Of a stretch of DNA of 64,000 bases, positions 1 to 11,749 are shown in pieces. Source of the stretch: an uncultured Hormoscilla sp. (GTDB lineage Bacteria > Cyanobacteriota > Cyanobacteriia > Cyanobacteriales > Desertifilaceae). Both the position numbers and the translations under genes were made by a program. Numbering within the stretch: position 1 is the stretch's first letter; the number at the start of each line of letters is the position of its first letter. The notes under the pieces are model-generated. The model was not told where the DNA came from, did no database searches, and saw only the letters and a list, made by a program, of their open reading frames with translations. Location: assembly GCA_963921275.4 (NCBI GenBank), contig OZ001293.3:6144001-6208000 (forward strand). Direction: 5' to 3'.

Positions 1-704
1 TTCGGAGGACACCACGATCGCTCTTGTCAATTTATGGTCCAACACAAGTATATAAAAAATCTGTTAAGTAAAAGTAGGTTCAATCATCGATTACACAATA
101 TTGACGAACCAATTTGGATGTTTTTCTTCCAAGTTATAGCTCAAACATTTAAAGAGCTCAATCCGGGTCAAGAATATATTCTTGATAGTTTCCCGGTGCC
201 AGTATGTGATAATATTAGGATTGATAGATGCCAAATTTATAACAAGGAAGAATATCGAGGGTATATTGCCAGTAAAAAACGTTATTTTTATGGATTAAGA
301 GTTCATATGTTGGTAAACAAAAATGGAAAGCCAATAGAATTTTATCTAGATCCTGGTAGTTATAATGATGTTAAAGTTTTGCAATCTTTTGGCTTTGACT
401 TACCATCAAATTCAATAGTTTATGGAGATAAAGCTTATAATGATTATCAATTAGAGGATTTACTAAAAGAGTCGTCAAGTATAATGTTAAAACCTTTGCG
501 AAAAAAGAACTCAAAAAGAAAAGAATCTTCTTGTTTTGAATATATACAAAAAGTAACAAGAAAACAAGTTGAAACCTGTTTTAGTCGAATCACAAATTTG
601 TTTCCCAAGTCAATTCATGCTGTTACATCTAAGGGATTAGAGTTGAAAATAATTCTCTTTATCATAGCTTTTTGTATCCAATTTTGATAGGTCGCAACTT
701 GAGT
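1..704 (+). mobile_element. IS982-family element, copy 1 (5' part outside the window); DDE transposase
   Basis: ORF 34..687 is nearly identical to the 274-aa ORFs at 60359 and 62923. Motifs ILDSFPVPVC, YFYGLRVH, YGDKAY. Right IR TAGGTCGCAACTTGAGT at 688-704. Confidence 0.85.
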
Positions 705-1110
705 TATCTTCTTAACAATGTTAAGTACAAGGGTGCTAAGGTGGTGTTTGCTGGTTAGGAACTTGCTCTCACTTCGCTGTCATCCGCCTCAAGTCGGTTA
801 AAACAGACTAAGAGAATAATGATTAAAATTTGTAGCCAACCTTGACCAAATGCGTTCCCGGGAGCCTCTTAACGAGGGGAAATGGTAAAAAATTAAGGGG
901 CAAAATCTCCTCGCCGAACAGTATTGACAACGGCGCGATCGCTCTATAGAGACCTTTTTGAGGCGATCGCGCCAACCCGGTTTCTGGCAAGGGCGATCGC
1001 GCGGGGTCCAGAAACCCGGTTTCTCTGTATTTTTGCTGGTATTGGAGAATATGCAGTTTAGATGGATGAAGGGTTATAATTAAATTAGAGATGAATAAGG
1101 AGGATGTAAA

Positions 1111-1956
1111 ATGGTCAAGTCTGGGTTACTATTGCGGACTGTACCAAACGATCCGGCTGCGGTGCTCGCTGAAACTGGCTGGCGATATGTAGAGGAAGTG
1201 CAGCCGGACGGTACTACTAAGAATATCCGCGTTCCTCTTACCTCTATGGAGTTTTTGCACCCACAGGAAGGATATCACTTGCCAAACAGTACTTTTCACG
1301 AAGATGTTATTATTGATGCGCGGGATATGCTGACCCGTCGCTATGGGAAGGACCCAACAGTGGCAATATTCAGCGACCTGTTGATCCTATGGGATATGCC
1401 CGATCTTGATCGGCACTGTCCTGACCTGTTCGTGGTGGTTGGCATCAACAACAAACAGCAGTATCGTACTAGCTTTGTAGTTGCTGATGAAGGAGTGCGA
1501 CCAGCTTTCGCTATGGAAGTGGTGTCGCCTCGCTACCGCAAGGAAGACCGGCAAATTAAAGTTTGGGAATACGAACAGGCCGGAATTCAAGAATATGTAA
1601 TTATCGATCGCCGCACCCAGCGCGGTCAAGTAATAGATGAGGTGCTGGGTTATCGGTTAGTAGCAGGACGCTACCTATCTCTCATTCCTGACGATGACGG
1701 ACGCATCCCCTGCGAGACGATCGGGTTGTGGGTCAGTATGCAGGATGGGCGTTTATTGCTGGAAGATATGCAAACAGCCGAAAGGTTGCTGACATCCCAA
1801 GCGAAATCTCAGGAATTGGAAGCGGAAAATCTGGAATTGAAAGCGAAATCTCAGGAATGGGAAGCTCAAAAGCAGGAATTGTCAGCGGAAAATCTGGAAT
1901 TGAAAACTCGTTTACGGAAACTGGAAGCTCAACAAGAAGGGCGTCAATCATCATAA
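1111..1956 (+). CDS. Uma2 (DUF820) family PD-(D/E)XK endonuclease-like protein with coiled-coil tail
   Basis: Motifs CPDLFVV, MEVVSP, YEQAGIQEYVIID; repetitive AKSQE tail; RBS AGGAGG upstream. Confidence 0.85.
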   Translation: MVKSGLLLRTVPNDPAAVLAETGWRYVEEVQPDGTTKNIRVPLTSMEFLHPQEGYHLPNSTFHEDVIIDARDMLTRRYGKDPTVAIFSDLLILWDMPDLDRHCPDLFVVVGINNKQQYRTSFVVADEGVRPAFAMEVVSPRYRKEDRQIKVWEYEQAGIQEYVIIDRRTQRGQVIDEVLGYRLVAGRYLSLIPDDDGRIPCETIGLWVSMQDGRLLLEDMQTAERLLTSQAKSQELEAENLELKAKSQEWEAQKQELSAENLELKTRLRKLEAQQEGRQSS

Positions 1957-2469
1957 GGGTAAAGGGTAAAGGGTAAAGGGGTAAAATACGATCGGCGCAG
2001 AACAGTATTGACAGCACCCCTGCCCGCACCGTTCCGGAAAAATCGCGCGTGAAAGGTCTTTTTGAGGTCATCGCTCCCAACCTGGTTTCTGGCAGAGGGG
2101 CGATAAAGCACGGCAATTACCACTGGCAGCCTGTGTGCCAGTTGCTGGCTAAAACGGGCGATCGCTCCCTTGTACGTGCCTACATGCCATTGACTCGTCT
2201 CTGGGGGTAGTTCGAGTAGAGCAGAGACATCGAAAGGATGCTAGCAGTGGCCACATAGACTCTAAGCAGGTTCGATGTCTCTGCCGGTGCTCTTGTTCCA
2301 GGGTCCGAGGCACACAGGAGACATCGCTGCCACATTTTTCTCACTCGTTCCGGAATGCTGCCAAGTTTAAGTGTTGATAACTAAAGTATGATTTCCAAGA
2401 ATTTTATATATTTTTCCGGAAATATATTCTCGCGCGTGGTATAATATTGATAGTGCAAACAAAAACATC

Positions 2470-3057
2470 ATGAGATATGCCACACCGAGAGAAGCGTCAC
2501 AAGTCCTTCAGGTCTCGGAAAAAACACTCCGAAACTGGGATAGAGACGGAAAAATACAGACAATTAGAACTCCCGCTGGTCATCGACGATACGACATCGA
2601 CTCCGTCATTAATCCAGACGGCTCCCCAAGAATCAGAATCCTCTACGCCAGAGTCAGTTCATATAAGCAAAAGTCAGACCTTGAACGGCAAGCCGACTAT
2701 TTGCAATCCTTGTTCACAGACGGAAAACTTGTCAAGGAAATCGGATCAGGACTCAACTACAAACGCAAAGGGTTTTTATCCATTCTGGGACAAGTCATGT
2801 CAGGAGATGTCAAAGAAGTTGTGGTCTGCCACAAAGACAGACTTGTCAGGTTTGGACTTGACCTTATCGAGTGGCTCTGTCAACAAAAAGATTGCCAACT
2901 CGTGGTTCTCAACCGAAGTGACCTATCTCCAGAACGAGAAATGGTTGAGGATATCCTTGCCATCGTCCATGTCTTCAGTTGCAGACTCTATGGACTCAGG
3001 AAGTACAAATCTGCTATCAAAGAAGATTCGAGTTTACCCAGAAACGGCATTAGCTAA
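2470..3057 (+). CDS. tnpA: IS607 TnpA serine recombinase with N-terminal MerR-type HTH
   Basis: TLRNWD, RTPAGHRRYD, catalytic YARVSS, EIGSGLNYKRKG, DRLVRFG, FSCRLYGLRKY. Confidence 0.93.
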   Translation: MRYATPREASQVLQVSEKTLRNWDRDGKIQTIRTPAGHRRYDIDSVINPDGSPRIRILYARVSSYKQKSDLERQADYLQSLFTDGKLVKEIGSGLNYKRKGFLSILGQVMSGDVKEVVVCHKDRLVRFGLDLIEWLCQQKDCQLVVLNRSDLSPEREMVEDILAIVHVFSCRLYGLRKYKSAIKEDSSLPRNGIS

Positions 3058-4168
3058 AACCTGGTTTCAATGGATATCAGTAGCCAGATGGTGCTTCAAT
3101 CAAGCCATTGCTATACTCAAAAATCAGAAGATTGGCAAATATGACCTACGCAAAACGGTCATGGATATGGCTCCATCTTGGGTAAGTCAAACCCCATATA
3201 GCCCACGCCAATTGGCGGTATTTCAGGCTTATGAGGCACACAAAGCAGCAAGAAAATCAGGAGGAGATGCTAAATTTCGCTCAGTACGTGAATCTGTTAA
3301 GTCTATCCGGTTTCAGAAAAATAACTGGAAAAAAAAAATTTTTTATCCAACACAGACCAAAGGATTAAGGTTCAAAGCAAGTGAGCCAATTATAGACAAA
3401 ATGCACCATGAGCCTACATTGGTACTAGACAGAGGACGTTGGTTTATCTGTTATGCCATAGACGTGCCTAAACTGGAACCATTAAACAGTGAGCTAGCCA
3501 TCGCCCTTGATCCAGGTGTCAGGACATTTCTAACTGGGTTTGACGGTCAAGAAATTTGGGAGGTTGGCAAGTCTGATATGGGTCGTATCTATCGGTTAGC
3601 CAGTCATCTCGATCGGCTAATGTCTCGAATCGGCTTATCTAAAGGACGCCAATTTAAGCGGCTACGGCACTGCCTGCGAAAGGCGGCACAAAAGATTCGG
3701 GTTAAGATTCGTAACTTGGTTGATGAACTGCATAAGAAAGCAGCCAACTATCTATGCACCAAGTACAAAGTCATATTTTTGCCTACATTTGAGGTTAAAA
3801 ATATGGTCAAACGAGGCAAGCGACGGTTGTCAACTAAGACAGCACGTAAAATGGTTACATGGTCTCATTACCGTTTTAAGCAAACGTTGAAGCATCAAGC
3901 AGCTAAATACGGCTGTGTTGTAGTAGACGTGACGGAAGAGTACACCAGCAAAACTTGCTCAAAATGTGGGCACATTCACATAAAGTTAGGAGGCAACAAA
4001 CGATTTATTTGTCCCTCATGTGGTCACACTATTAGTCGTGATATTAATGGCGCTTTCAACATTTTGTTGAAGGCTTTGAGAGATACCTCCGCATCTGGCC
4101 TGATAGCTTCATTCCAGATTGTGCCATACTCAGAAATTTCCGGCAATTACAAGATTTTTTCGGGTTAA
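2477..4168 (+). CDS. tnpB: IS607 TnpB RNA-guided nuclease, pro-Fanzor-like; true start uncertain because the frame overlaps tnpA
   Basis: RuvC-I ALDPGVRTF, VIFLPTF, VTEEYTSKTCSKCG, zinc finger CPSCG, RuvC-III RDINGAFNI. Confidence 0.9.
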   Translation: MPHREKRHKSFRSRKKHSETGIETEKYRQLELPLVIDDTTSTPSLIQTAPQESESSTPESVHISKSQTLNGKPTICNPCSQTENLSRKSDQDSTTNAKGFYPFWDKSCQEMSKKLWSATKTDLSGLDLTLSSGSVNKKIANSWFSTEVTYLQNEKWLRISLPSSMSSVADSMDSGSTNLLSKKIRVYPETALAKTWFQWISVARWCFNQAIAILKNQKIGKYDLRKTVMDMAPSWVSQTPYSPRQLAVFQAYEAHKAARKSGGDAKFRSVRESVKSIRFQKNNWKKKIFYPTQTKGLRFKASEPIIDKMHHEPTLVLDRGRWFICYAIDVPKLEPLNSELAIALDPGVRTFLTGFDGQEIWEVGKSDMGRIYRLASHLDRLMSRIGLSKGRQFKRLRHCLRKAAQKIRVKIRNLVDELHKKAANYLCTKYKVIFLPTFEVKNMVKRGKRRLSTKTARKMVTWSHYRFKQTLKHQAAKYGCVVVDVTEEYTSKTCSKCGHIHIKLGGNKRFICPSCGHTISRDINGAFNILLKALRDTSASGLIASFQIVPYSEISGNYKIFSG

Positions 4169-4199
4169 ATGTATCTGCGAAATGAAAAGCAGCTCGTTA

Positions 4200-4400
4200 T
4201 CGATCCGGCCTTTTTTACCGCCCTAATAGGCAAGACACAATAGCTTATGCATGGCCGCACTTCTAATTGCTCGCGCCCGCCTTACCCCTTTCCAGCAGGC
4301 GATCGTAAAATGCCGGGCGCACAGGGTTAAAACGTAGAGCTGACATGGCTGGCAGATATAATGCCCCGGCGTTGCTTCCCATTGCCGGTCTTACAGATTG
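4200..4400 (-). pseudogene. IS110-family transposase C-terminal remnant
   Basis: Minus strand reads ICKTGNG / ALYLPAMSALRFNPVRPAFYDRLLERGK / AAMHKLLCLAY across frameshifts. Confidence 0.7.
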
Positions 4401-4459
4401 GAAACGATCGGACTTAGTCGTAGCTAGCTAAAACAATCCGTGTTATCTAGAAAAAAGTG

Positions 4460-4588
4460 TTTGACTACGGCAATGCGTAGGCAACGCTTCAGCGTTGCCT
4501 ACAAACCTGCCTTGGTGTGACCCTAGCATGAGCGGATTTGACTACGGCAATGCGTAGGCAACGCTGAAGCGTTGACTACAAACCTGCC
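4460..4588. repeat. Two ~52-bp direct repeats with an internal hairpin
   Basis: TTTGACTACGGCAATGCGTAGGCAACGC-N4-GCGTTG(C/A)CTACAAACCTGCC at 4460-4511 and 4537-4588. Confidence 0.85.
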
Positions 4589-4738
4589 ATTCTCTTCGGC
4601 TAGTAGTTAGTCGCCGTCAATTCACCTACACCGAGAATCGACAGGAGAATTCAACCCCCAGCCCCCGCCCCCTCGCCCCAAGCCCTGCCTAAAACCAGAC
4701 GAGAGTATAAAGTGCGAATGCGGGCCAGCAGTTACCCA

Positions 4739-6325
4739 TCAACCAACAAACACCCTCAAACCACCCGGTCGAGCTAAATCACCCTCCAAACCCACACCCC
4801 GATGATTAGCTGCCAGATGTCGGACAATCTTATAAATCGACTCTATTTCTTCAGAGGCCCCAGCAGCATCTGCCAACTCTACCAGAGACATGGACTGCTT
4901 TTGCTCCTGTAAAGCTTGCATCACCCGACGCTGCAAGTCCAGAATCTCCGCCGCCGCCTTCTTACCAGCTTCCACACCGGGTTGGTGATAGGCGTTGATA
5001 TTTACCAGGGAACCGTACAAACCTACTGCCCGATCGTACAGGGCGATCAAAGCCCCCACCGTGCGAGGATTAACTTCTGGTATAGTGACAGTGATCGAAT
5101 CACGCTGATTTTCATACAAAGCCTTGCGAGTACCCTGCAAGAAACCAGACAGATAGTCTCCCGCCGTAACGCCCGCTTCCACTTCTGGAGAAGTTCCTTT
5201 GCGGTCCTCTAACACTTCGATGAAGGTGATAAAGAAATTGGGTACCCCTTCCCGCAGCTGCTGCACGAAGGCATGTTGGTCAGTAGAACCTTTGTTACCA
5301 TAGACAGCAATCCCCTGATGGACAATATTACCGTCGAGATCCTTCTCCTTACCCAGAGATTCCATGACCAACTGTTGCAGGTAGCGACTAAACAGCAGCA
5401 GACTGTCCTTATAGGGCAACACCACCATATTTTTTTCGCCCTTGCCGTTACCAGCGAAATACCAGGATAAGGCCAATAGGGCGGCAGGATTATTTTTCAG
5501 CTGCTGGATGCGGGTAGCAGAGTCCATTTCCTTAGCCCCGGCCAGCATCTGCTGGATATCGATGCCTTGCAAAGCAGCTGGCAACAACCCCACCGCTGAC
5601 ATCTCCGAAGTCCGTCCGCCTACCCAGTCATGCATGGGGAAGGTGGCCACCCAGCCTTCAGATTTTGCCAGTTTTTCCAGTTTGCTATCATGGCCAGTGA
5701 TGGCGACGAAGTGGGATGCATGGGGAATCTGTTGGGATTCATAGGCCTTTTGCAGCTCAATCATGCCGTTGCGGGTATCCGGCGTTCCCCCTGATTTGGA
5801 GATGACTAATACCAGGGTAGTATTAAGTCGGTGTTCCAACTCGATCAAAATGTCATCAATGCCAGCTGGATCGGTATTGTCTATAAAGTGAATTGCCAGA
5901 GGCGGGTCGATCGGGGCCAGGGCCTGGGCGACAAACTGAGGGCCCAGGGCAGATCCGCCAATCCCGATGGAGAGTATATCTGTGAATTTGGGGGCGTGGG
6001 GCGGATGGATCTCACCAGAGTGAACCTTGTGGACAAAAGATTCTATCTGTTCGAGAGTTTCGACAATTTCTTGTTTCAGGAGACCTGTGGGGGCCAAATC
6101 CGGGTTTCGCAGCCAGTAATGACCCACCATCCGGTTTTCGTCCGGGTTGGCGATCGCCCCCTTTTCCAAGGCCGCCATATCCGCAAAAGCCTTGTCCAAC
6201 TTGGGCCTCATGGCCTCAACGAAAGCATCATCAAACCCCATGCGGCTAACATCGAGGTAAAATCCCAACCCCTCGTGATAATAAAGCCAATCTTGATAGC
6301 GTTGCCAGAGTGTCGCGGCGTCCAT
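4739..6325 (-). CDS. pgi: Glucose-6-phosphate isomerase
   Basis: [49 protein letters not shown]. Likely start MDAATLW at 6325. Confidence 0.96.
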   Translation of the reverse strand: MDAATLWQRYQDWLYYHEGLGFYLDVSRMGFDDAFVEAMRPKLDKAFADMAALEKGAIANPDENRMVGHYWLRNPDLAPTGLLKQEIVETLEQIESFVHKVHSGEIHPPHAPKFTDILSIGIGGSALGPQFVAQALAPIDPPLAIHFIDNTDPAGIDDILIELEHRLNTTLVLVISKSGGTPDTRNGMIELQKAYESQQIPHASHFVAITGHDSKLEKLAKSEGWVATFPMHDWVGGRTSEMSAVGLLPAALQGIDIQQMLAGAKEMDSATRIQQLKNNPAALLALSWYFAGNGKGEKNMVVLPYKDSLLLFSRYLQQLVMESLGKEKDLDGNIVHQGIAVYGNKGSTDQHAFVQQLREGVPNFFITFIEVLEDRKGTSPEVEAGVTAGDYLSGFLQGTRKALYENQRDSITVTIPEVNPRTVGALIALYDRAVGLYGSLVNINAYHQPGVEAGKKAAAEILDLQRRVMQALQEQKQSMSLVELADAAGASEEIESIYKIVRHLAANHRGVGLEGDLARPGGLRVFVG

Positions 6326-6811
6326 AGCTTCTCTCAACTCATTTTTGCCATCACCAGTTTAGCTGTGCGGTAGCGGTCAGTCGAGTCAACCCAATTATCC
6401 CATACCACCAGTTCCCAGAAAGCATGGGAATGGACAATTGCCAATTGCGCGATCCGAAGTGCCGCACGGCATGGGTAAGCCATTGTCCTGCGCGTGCAGC
6501 GCTGCGCTGGACTACGCGACACGCTGACGCTGTCGCGCTATGGACATGAATAAATCATCAACAATTCTCCTCGTTCCCTGGCTCCCACCTGGGAACGCTA
6601 TTCTCAATTAGCCATCTCTCAAACAAGACATGCTCCCTCAACTTCTACCTTTAGGTATTAGACCCTAATTTCTGTTTTGGACTAGCTTGGGAAAACTATC
6701 CAGCTGTCGGACGTCGGGAGTTGCGAGCAACGCTGGATGACTTGCCACCAGTAAGTTCATCCTTTAAGCAGCATTGTATATTACCACCGTTTTAATTAGG
6801 AGTCAACAACT

Positions 6812-7093
6812 ATGGCAAGAGGAGGTTTCCGCAAAAATGCACCGCTGTTCAAACCAACATGGAACTTGGGAGAAACTAAGACCATTAGGGTGCCTGTAGC
6901 CCTGGCCCAAGTCTTGCTGGCCCTTGCCAGAGAGATTGATAGATGCTGGCATGAATCTAAAAGCCAAAACCTGTCTGCCTCAGAGGCTCGTCGCCTAACT
7001 TGCGAACGCATCCAGCCAATTATAGATCAGTGTATTGACGAGTTGCAAGCTGTTCCTTTTGCAACAGATGAGCAGAAAGAGACTAGGCCATAG
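6812..7093 (+). CDS. Small hypothetical protein
   Basis: AGGAG RBS. KPTWNLGETKTIRVPVALA resembles small cyanobacterial hypothetical proteins. Confidence 0.55.
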   Translation: MARGGFRKNAPLFKPTWNLGETKTIRVPVALAQVLLALAREIDRCWHESKSQNLSASEARRLTCERIQPIIDQCIDELQAVPFATDEQKETRP

Positions 7094-7415
7094 GGTGTCA
7101 GTTATGTCAATGGGCAATAAAAGTAACTTTTATCACATTTACTTCCATGACTAGGGAATGTATAGTGAAGGAATAGGCTGGGATATGGGACGTTGACCAA
7201 TACCGGTACTGCCCGATGCTTTCCATCTAGAACATCGGTCAAGTATTGGCGATACCGGGTTTCTCGTGAGGTTCGCGATATAGCCCTCTGGGTAGATATG
7301 AATGGGGACGCTGATGAATGGGTTCCCTGGCGTCCCCAAGATTTACACGCAGCTGCGAGGTGATTTACTCCGGGAGCATGTAAATGAAAACAGATAGCAT
7401 GTCAGTTGTCAGTTG

Positions 7416-10289
7416 TCAATGCCAGAATTTTGAATTTTGAAGGGATGGTTGCTGGAAAATCTGCTCGAGTGCTTGTGAGAGGGTTTGAGCCATAACGATG
7501 CGGTTTTGGTAAACTACGATCACTCGCACTAATGTGGGTAGAGAGTTTTGGGTGGCTTCCAGGTACAGAGGTTCTACGTATAGCAGGGATTGTTCGATCG
7601 GGATGACCAAGAGATTACCCTGCACTGCTCGGGAACCCTGCTGATTCCACAGGGAAATTTGTTCGGAGATTTCTGGGTTTTGATTGATCAGGGCATCAAT
7701 TTGCTCTGAACCATAGATCAATTGCTGTTTAGGAAACTTGTACAGAAGTAGCTTACCATATTGCTTGCCATCGGAGCGACCCGCGAGCCAGGCGATCATG
7801 TTGTTGCGACTGACTGGTGTAAAGGGGTGCAGCAGGATAAATTCTTCTGCTGTTGCGGTCGGCAGCTTCATGATTAAGTAGTAGGGTTCGATCTCTTGGG
7901 TTTCATTCCCATAGATTTCTCGGGGCACCCGCCACTGGTCTTCCCGGTTGTAAAATACCTGGGGGTCTGTCATATGATAGGTTAACAAGCGCTCGGATTG
8001 AATGTTGAACAGGTCCTCGGGATAGCGAATATGGACTCGCAGGGTAATGGGCAGGGCCTCCAGAGGTTGGAACATATCGGGAAAAATTTCCGACCAGGTG
8101 GTAATAATTGGGTCTAGGGGGTCGGCTATGAAGAATTGCACCTCGCCGTTATAAGCGTCAATTATGACTTTGACCGAGTTGCGGATATAGTTAAAGGGGT
8201 GTTCTCCCGGGTCGGAATAGGGGTAGCGATCGCTCTTCGTATAAGCATCTACAATCCAGTAGAGATAATTGTTAGGCTGCCAGCGATCGTTGTCGTTATA
8301 CAAATCAGTGTTTGCAACCACCAGGTAAGGGTCGCTGTCGAACTGCAAGAAAGGGGCGATCGCCCGGATGCGCTGATCAATATTACGGCGGAACAGCACC
8401 TTGGTTTCCGGAGTGAAGTACCTAGTCAGCAGCATTTGCCAATTTTTCAGATACTTAGCAAACAATATTCTGCGCCACGCAGAATTAATAGGCACGCCAC
8501 CCGTGCCATCGTAATGGTTGTATTCATTTTCATCACCACTAGGATAGTCCAATTCCGGTTCCCAACTGGGTATCGTCACATAGTTATTGGTGAGTTCGCC
8601 GTAATAAATCTGGGGCTTGCCGATGGGAATACTATCACGAATTCGTTTACTTTTTGTCCAGAGGGTGCCTTTACCAGTTGCGTCGTCAACCCCCAGATCC
8701 TTAACAAAGTAGTCTGGCAGTCCTTCGGGAGTGGCGGTATTTACAGGAGACATGGTAAAGCCATAGCCGTGGGTGTAGACTAGGTGTTCGTTTACCCAGG
8801 TTTTCGCCTGGGAAGGAACATCAGAGTAGTCTAACTCCCGCGCTACCACGATCACCTGTTGCTTTTCTGCCCGGTCTGAATCTTTTGCTTTCAGGGTGTA
8901 GCGTTCGATATCAGCATCGTGGAATTTGTAGTAGAGGCGAATTTGTTGCAACTGGCGATTGGTTTGCAGGAGGGGACGAGTATCCCAGAGGCGAATGTTT
9001 TTAATGGTAAGTTGATTGTTTTGCAGGTCAGAGAATGTCAGATTACCTTGAGGATCGAAGGGTTTAACTTCAATATCTTCTAGACCAAAGGCCGCGCGTG
9101 TTCCTGAGATACTACGTTCGATGTAGGGGGTTTCCCGTTCCAATTCGTTGGGTTGTACGACCAGACGTTGCACCACTGCTGGCACCAGATAAGTGGTAGC
9201 ACCAGCAACTGCCAGAAACAATACGATCGCATAGACTACATAAGGCCATAGGTTCTTTTTTCTCGACAATAAAATCACTCGCACCAGCAGGATAATGACG
9301 ATCGCCCCTGCCAACCAACTGAGAAACGAGATCAGGGGCAACTGAGTAGTAACGTCGGTATAAGAAGCACCGTAAGTTACCCCTCGTGGAGAAGAGAGCA
9401 ATTCATAACGGGATAGCCAATAGCTGTAGGCGACGCTGAACATGACGCCAGCGCTATTCAGTTGCAAGTGGCGTCGTTGGCGGACTGAAAATCCCGGAAA
9501 TATCCCTTGAGACAAGCTGTTGCCCGATAGTAAGTATACTAGTGCGACAGCTACTAGAGTGAATACAGACAACACCACTAGCCAAAATTCCAGCAGGTGC
9601 AATACTGGCAAGGTGAAGACATAAAAGCTGATATCCTGGCCGAATAGCGGATCGCTACTGTTAAAGGGGGTGGGATGGAAATACTGTAATATCCTGGCCC
9701 AATGTCCGGACAGAATCAAACCAAAGCCTAAACTTATGGCAATGGCGATCGCGCTTAATACCCATTCTGCGGCCATGCAGATCCCTACTGGCAAACCCAA
9801 CAAAAAACCCAGTTCTATCGGGCTATCGGGCAGTTGCTGTATCGTCTGTAAAATTGATTCCGGTCGAAATCGCGGTGGCAGTTCTGGATAGGCCATCGTT
9901 GCTGACTGGTTCGGATGCCAATAATCGATCGCCACAGTTCCATATTGCAGTAACAGCAATCCCAAAACTAGAGTTAGTCCCAGCACCCAAAATATCAGCC
10001 ACTCTAAATAGATATTTTTCGGATTATCTTTATAGATTTCTCCTGATATTTTTTGTCTGTGCTTGAGTCGATTTGCTATTGCCAGATTTCCTAGCATTAG
10101 CATCCCCGACAACCACATCCCGATCGCCCACAGCATTCCCTGGGTTTTTATCCGCAACATAAATGCCGATAAATAACCTACTTCTTCAAACCATAACCCT
10201 TCTGCTACTAGATCTGATATCACGTCAATGGCAAACCACAGTCCCAGGAAGATCGCCCAACTGCTTCTTTTTTTCAACCATACTAACAT
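7416..10289 (-). CDS. UPF0182 family membrane protein
   Basis: 957 aa with N-terminal TM helices; [39 protein letters not shown]. Confidence 0.93.
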   Translation of the reverse strand: MLVWLKKRSSWAIFLGLWFAIDVISDLVAEGLWFEEVGYLSAFMLRIKTQGMLWAIGMWLSGMLMLGNLAIANRLKHRQKISGEIYKDNPKNIYLEWLIFWVLGLTLVLGLLLLQYGTVAIDYWHPNQSATMAYPELPPRFRPESILQTIQQLPDSPIELGFLLGLPVGICMAAEWVLSAIAIAISLGFGLILSGHWARILQYFHPTPFNSSDPLFGQDISFYVFTLPVLHLLEFWLVVLSVFTLVAVALVYLLSGNSLSQGIFPGFSVRQRRHLQLNSAGVMFSVAYSYWLSRYELLSSPRGVTYGASYTDVTTQLPLISFLSWLAGAIVIILLVRVILLSRKKNLWPYVVYAIVLFLAVAGATTYLVPAVVQRLVVQPNELERETPYIERSISGTRAAFGLEDIEVKPFDPQGNLTFSDLQNNQLTIKNIRLWDTRPLLQTNRQLQQIRLYYKFHDADIERYTLKAKDSDRAEKQQVIVVARELDYSDVPSQAKTWVNEHLVYTHGYGFTMSPVNTATPEGLPDYFVKDLGVDDATGKGTLWTKSKRIRDSIPIGKPQIYYGELTNNYVTIPSWEPELDYPSGDENEYNHYDGTGGVPINSAWRRILFAKYLKNWQMLLTRYFTPETKVLFRRNIDQRIRAIAPFLQFDSDPYLVVANTDLYNDNDRWQPNNYLYWIVDAYTKSDRYPYSDPGEHPFNYIRNSVKVIIDAYNGEVQFFIADPLDPIITTWSEIFPDMFQPLEALPITLRVHIRYPEDLFNIQSERLLTYHMTDPQVFYNREDQWRVPREIYGNETQEIEPYYLIMKLPTATAEEFILLHPFTPVSRNNMIAWLAGRSDGKQYGKLLLYKFPKQQLIYGSEQIDALINQNPEISEQISLWNQQGSRAVQGNLLVIPIEQSLLYVEPLYLEATQNSLPTLVRVIVVYQNRIVMAQTLSQALEQIFQQPSLQNSKFWH

Positions 10290-10363
10290 TGCTTGTTAAT
10301 TTATCCTTGCCAATTTTTAATTGCTAATTGTTAATTGTCAGCGCTCCAACTAACAACTTCCTT

Positions 10364-11662
10364 TTAGCTGTACTGCTGGCCGGATATTGCTTCCGTTTCC
10401 AGATTAAACAGCATTTTTAATGTTTCCATGGCGTGGCGTCTGGTCTCTATATCCTGCTGGGCCCGCAGCTGCACCATTGGGTCGTGAAGAATTTTATTGA
10501 CTATGCCACGAGTTAATGCCTCGATCACTTCTTGATGCTTTTCGGCAAATTCCGAACCCAACCTCGACAAAGCTTTTTCTAACTCTTGTTCCCGAATGGT
10601 TTCAATTTTGCTCCGCAAGCTATTGATTGTCGGCACCGTTTCCAGACTGCGCCACCAGACTTCAAAAGCTTCGCATTCTTCTTCTAACATCACTGCTGCT
10701 TCCTGAGCCATTTGACGGCGGCTTTCTGTATTTTGAGCTACCACCGCCTTCAAATCATCCACATTAAACGCCTGCACGTTACTCAGCTGATTCACATCGG
10801 CATCCACGTTGCGCGGCACCGAAATATCAAACAGCATCACCGAGCGATCGCCATCCAGCACTGCTTCTAGTTTAGCACGATTTAGCAGCGGCTGGGTCGC
10901 ACCCGTACTAGTAAACACTATATCCGAGGCCCCGATCGCGCTCATCATTTCCGAGAGGGGATATAATTGCAACTGGGAGTTGGGGAACTGACTTGCCAAT
11001 TCTTCCGCCCGCTGCATAGAACGATTGATAATTGAGATTTGAGTTGCCCCTTTGGCCAGCAGGTGTTGCACCAGCAAGCGAGACATTTTTCCCGCCCCCA
11101 CAATTGCGATCCGACTTGCTGCGAGATTTTCCGCCTTCACTTGGGCTAATTCTACCGCCGCCGAACTAATGGAAACCGCACCCGTACCAATATTTGTTTC
11201 CGTGCGGACTCTTTTCCCTGCCGTGATCGCCTGCTTCAACAGTCTATTGAGGATCCGTCCTACACCCTTATACTGCTGACCCAATTTGTGAGCTTGTTTC
11301 ACCTGAGAGAGAATTTGTCCTTCTCCTAACACCAGACTATCTAAACCAGCTGCAACCCGCATCAGGTGCATCACCGCGTCTTCCCGCAGTAAAATAAATA
11401 AATGAGGACGTAACTGATGGCCTGGCGTTTTGCTGCGATCGCCTATAAACTGGGTCACTTCCCAGACACCCTGTTGAGCAGAGTTCGTCACGATGTAAAT
11501 TTCTAGTCTATTGCAGGTGCTAACGATCGCCACTTCTTCTATGTGAGGATAGTTCTTCAGAGTTGCGATCACCCCTTCTATCTGCGGTTCGGGAATGCTA
11601 AGTTTTTCCCTTACTTCCACCGGGGCTGTCTTATGGCTTAAACCTACGACTGCAATGTTCAT
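10364..11662 (-). CDS. hemA: Glutamyl-tRNA reductase
   Basis: [44 protein letters not shown]. Likely start MNIAVVG. Confidence 0.96.
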   Translation of the reverse strand: MNIAVVGLSHKTAPVEVREKLSIPEPQIEGVIATLKNYPHIEEVAIVSTCNRLEIYIVTNSAQQGVWEVTQFIGDRSKTPGHQLRPHLFILLREDAVMHLMRVAAGLDSLVLGEGQILSQVKQAHKLGQQYKGVGRILNRLLKQAITAGKRVRTETNIGTGAVSISSAAVELAQVKAENLAASRIAIVGAGKMSRLLVQHLLAKGATQISIINRSMQRAEELASQFPNSQLQLYPLSEMMSAIGASDIVFTSTGATQPLLNRAKLEAVLDGDRSVMLFDISVPRNVDADVNQLSNVQAFNVDDLKAVVAQNTESRRQMAQEAAVMLEEECEAFEVWWRSLETVPTINSLRSKIETIREQELEKALSRLGSEFAEKHQEVIEALTRGIVNKILHDPMVQLRAQQDIETRRHAMETLKMLFNLETEAISGQQYS

Positions 11663-11749
11663 ATGCTCCTGTTTAATTTTTCTGGGGGTCATCTGTACTG
11701 CATCGTTCATGATTCATTGCCCCGAGCAATAAACCATGAACAATGATTC

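Larger units (their letters stand above)
2370..4177 (+). mobile_element. IS607-family element; boundaries approximate
   Basis: tnpA plus tnpB. AT-rich left end with TTTCC(A/G)(A/G)-type motifs at 2392 and 2413 echoed near 4137. TATAAT at about 2440. Confidence 0.75.

Noticed and set aside
4916..6373. Antisense ORFs over pgi, and similar shadow ORFs elsewhere
   Set aside because: They lie opposite well-supported genes and have no recognisable motifs.
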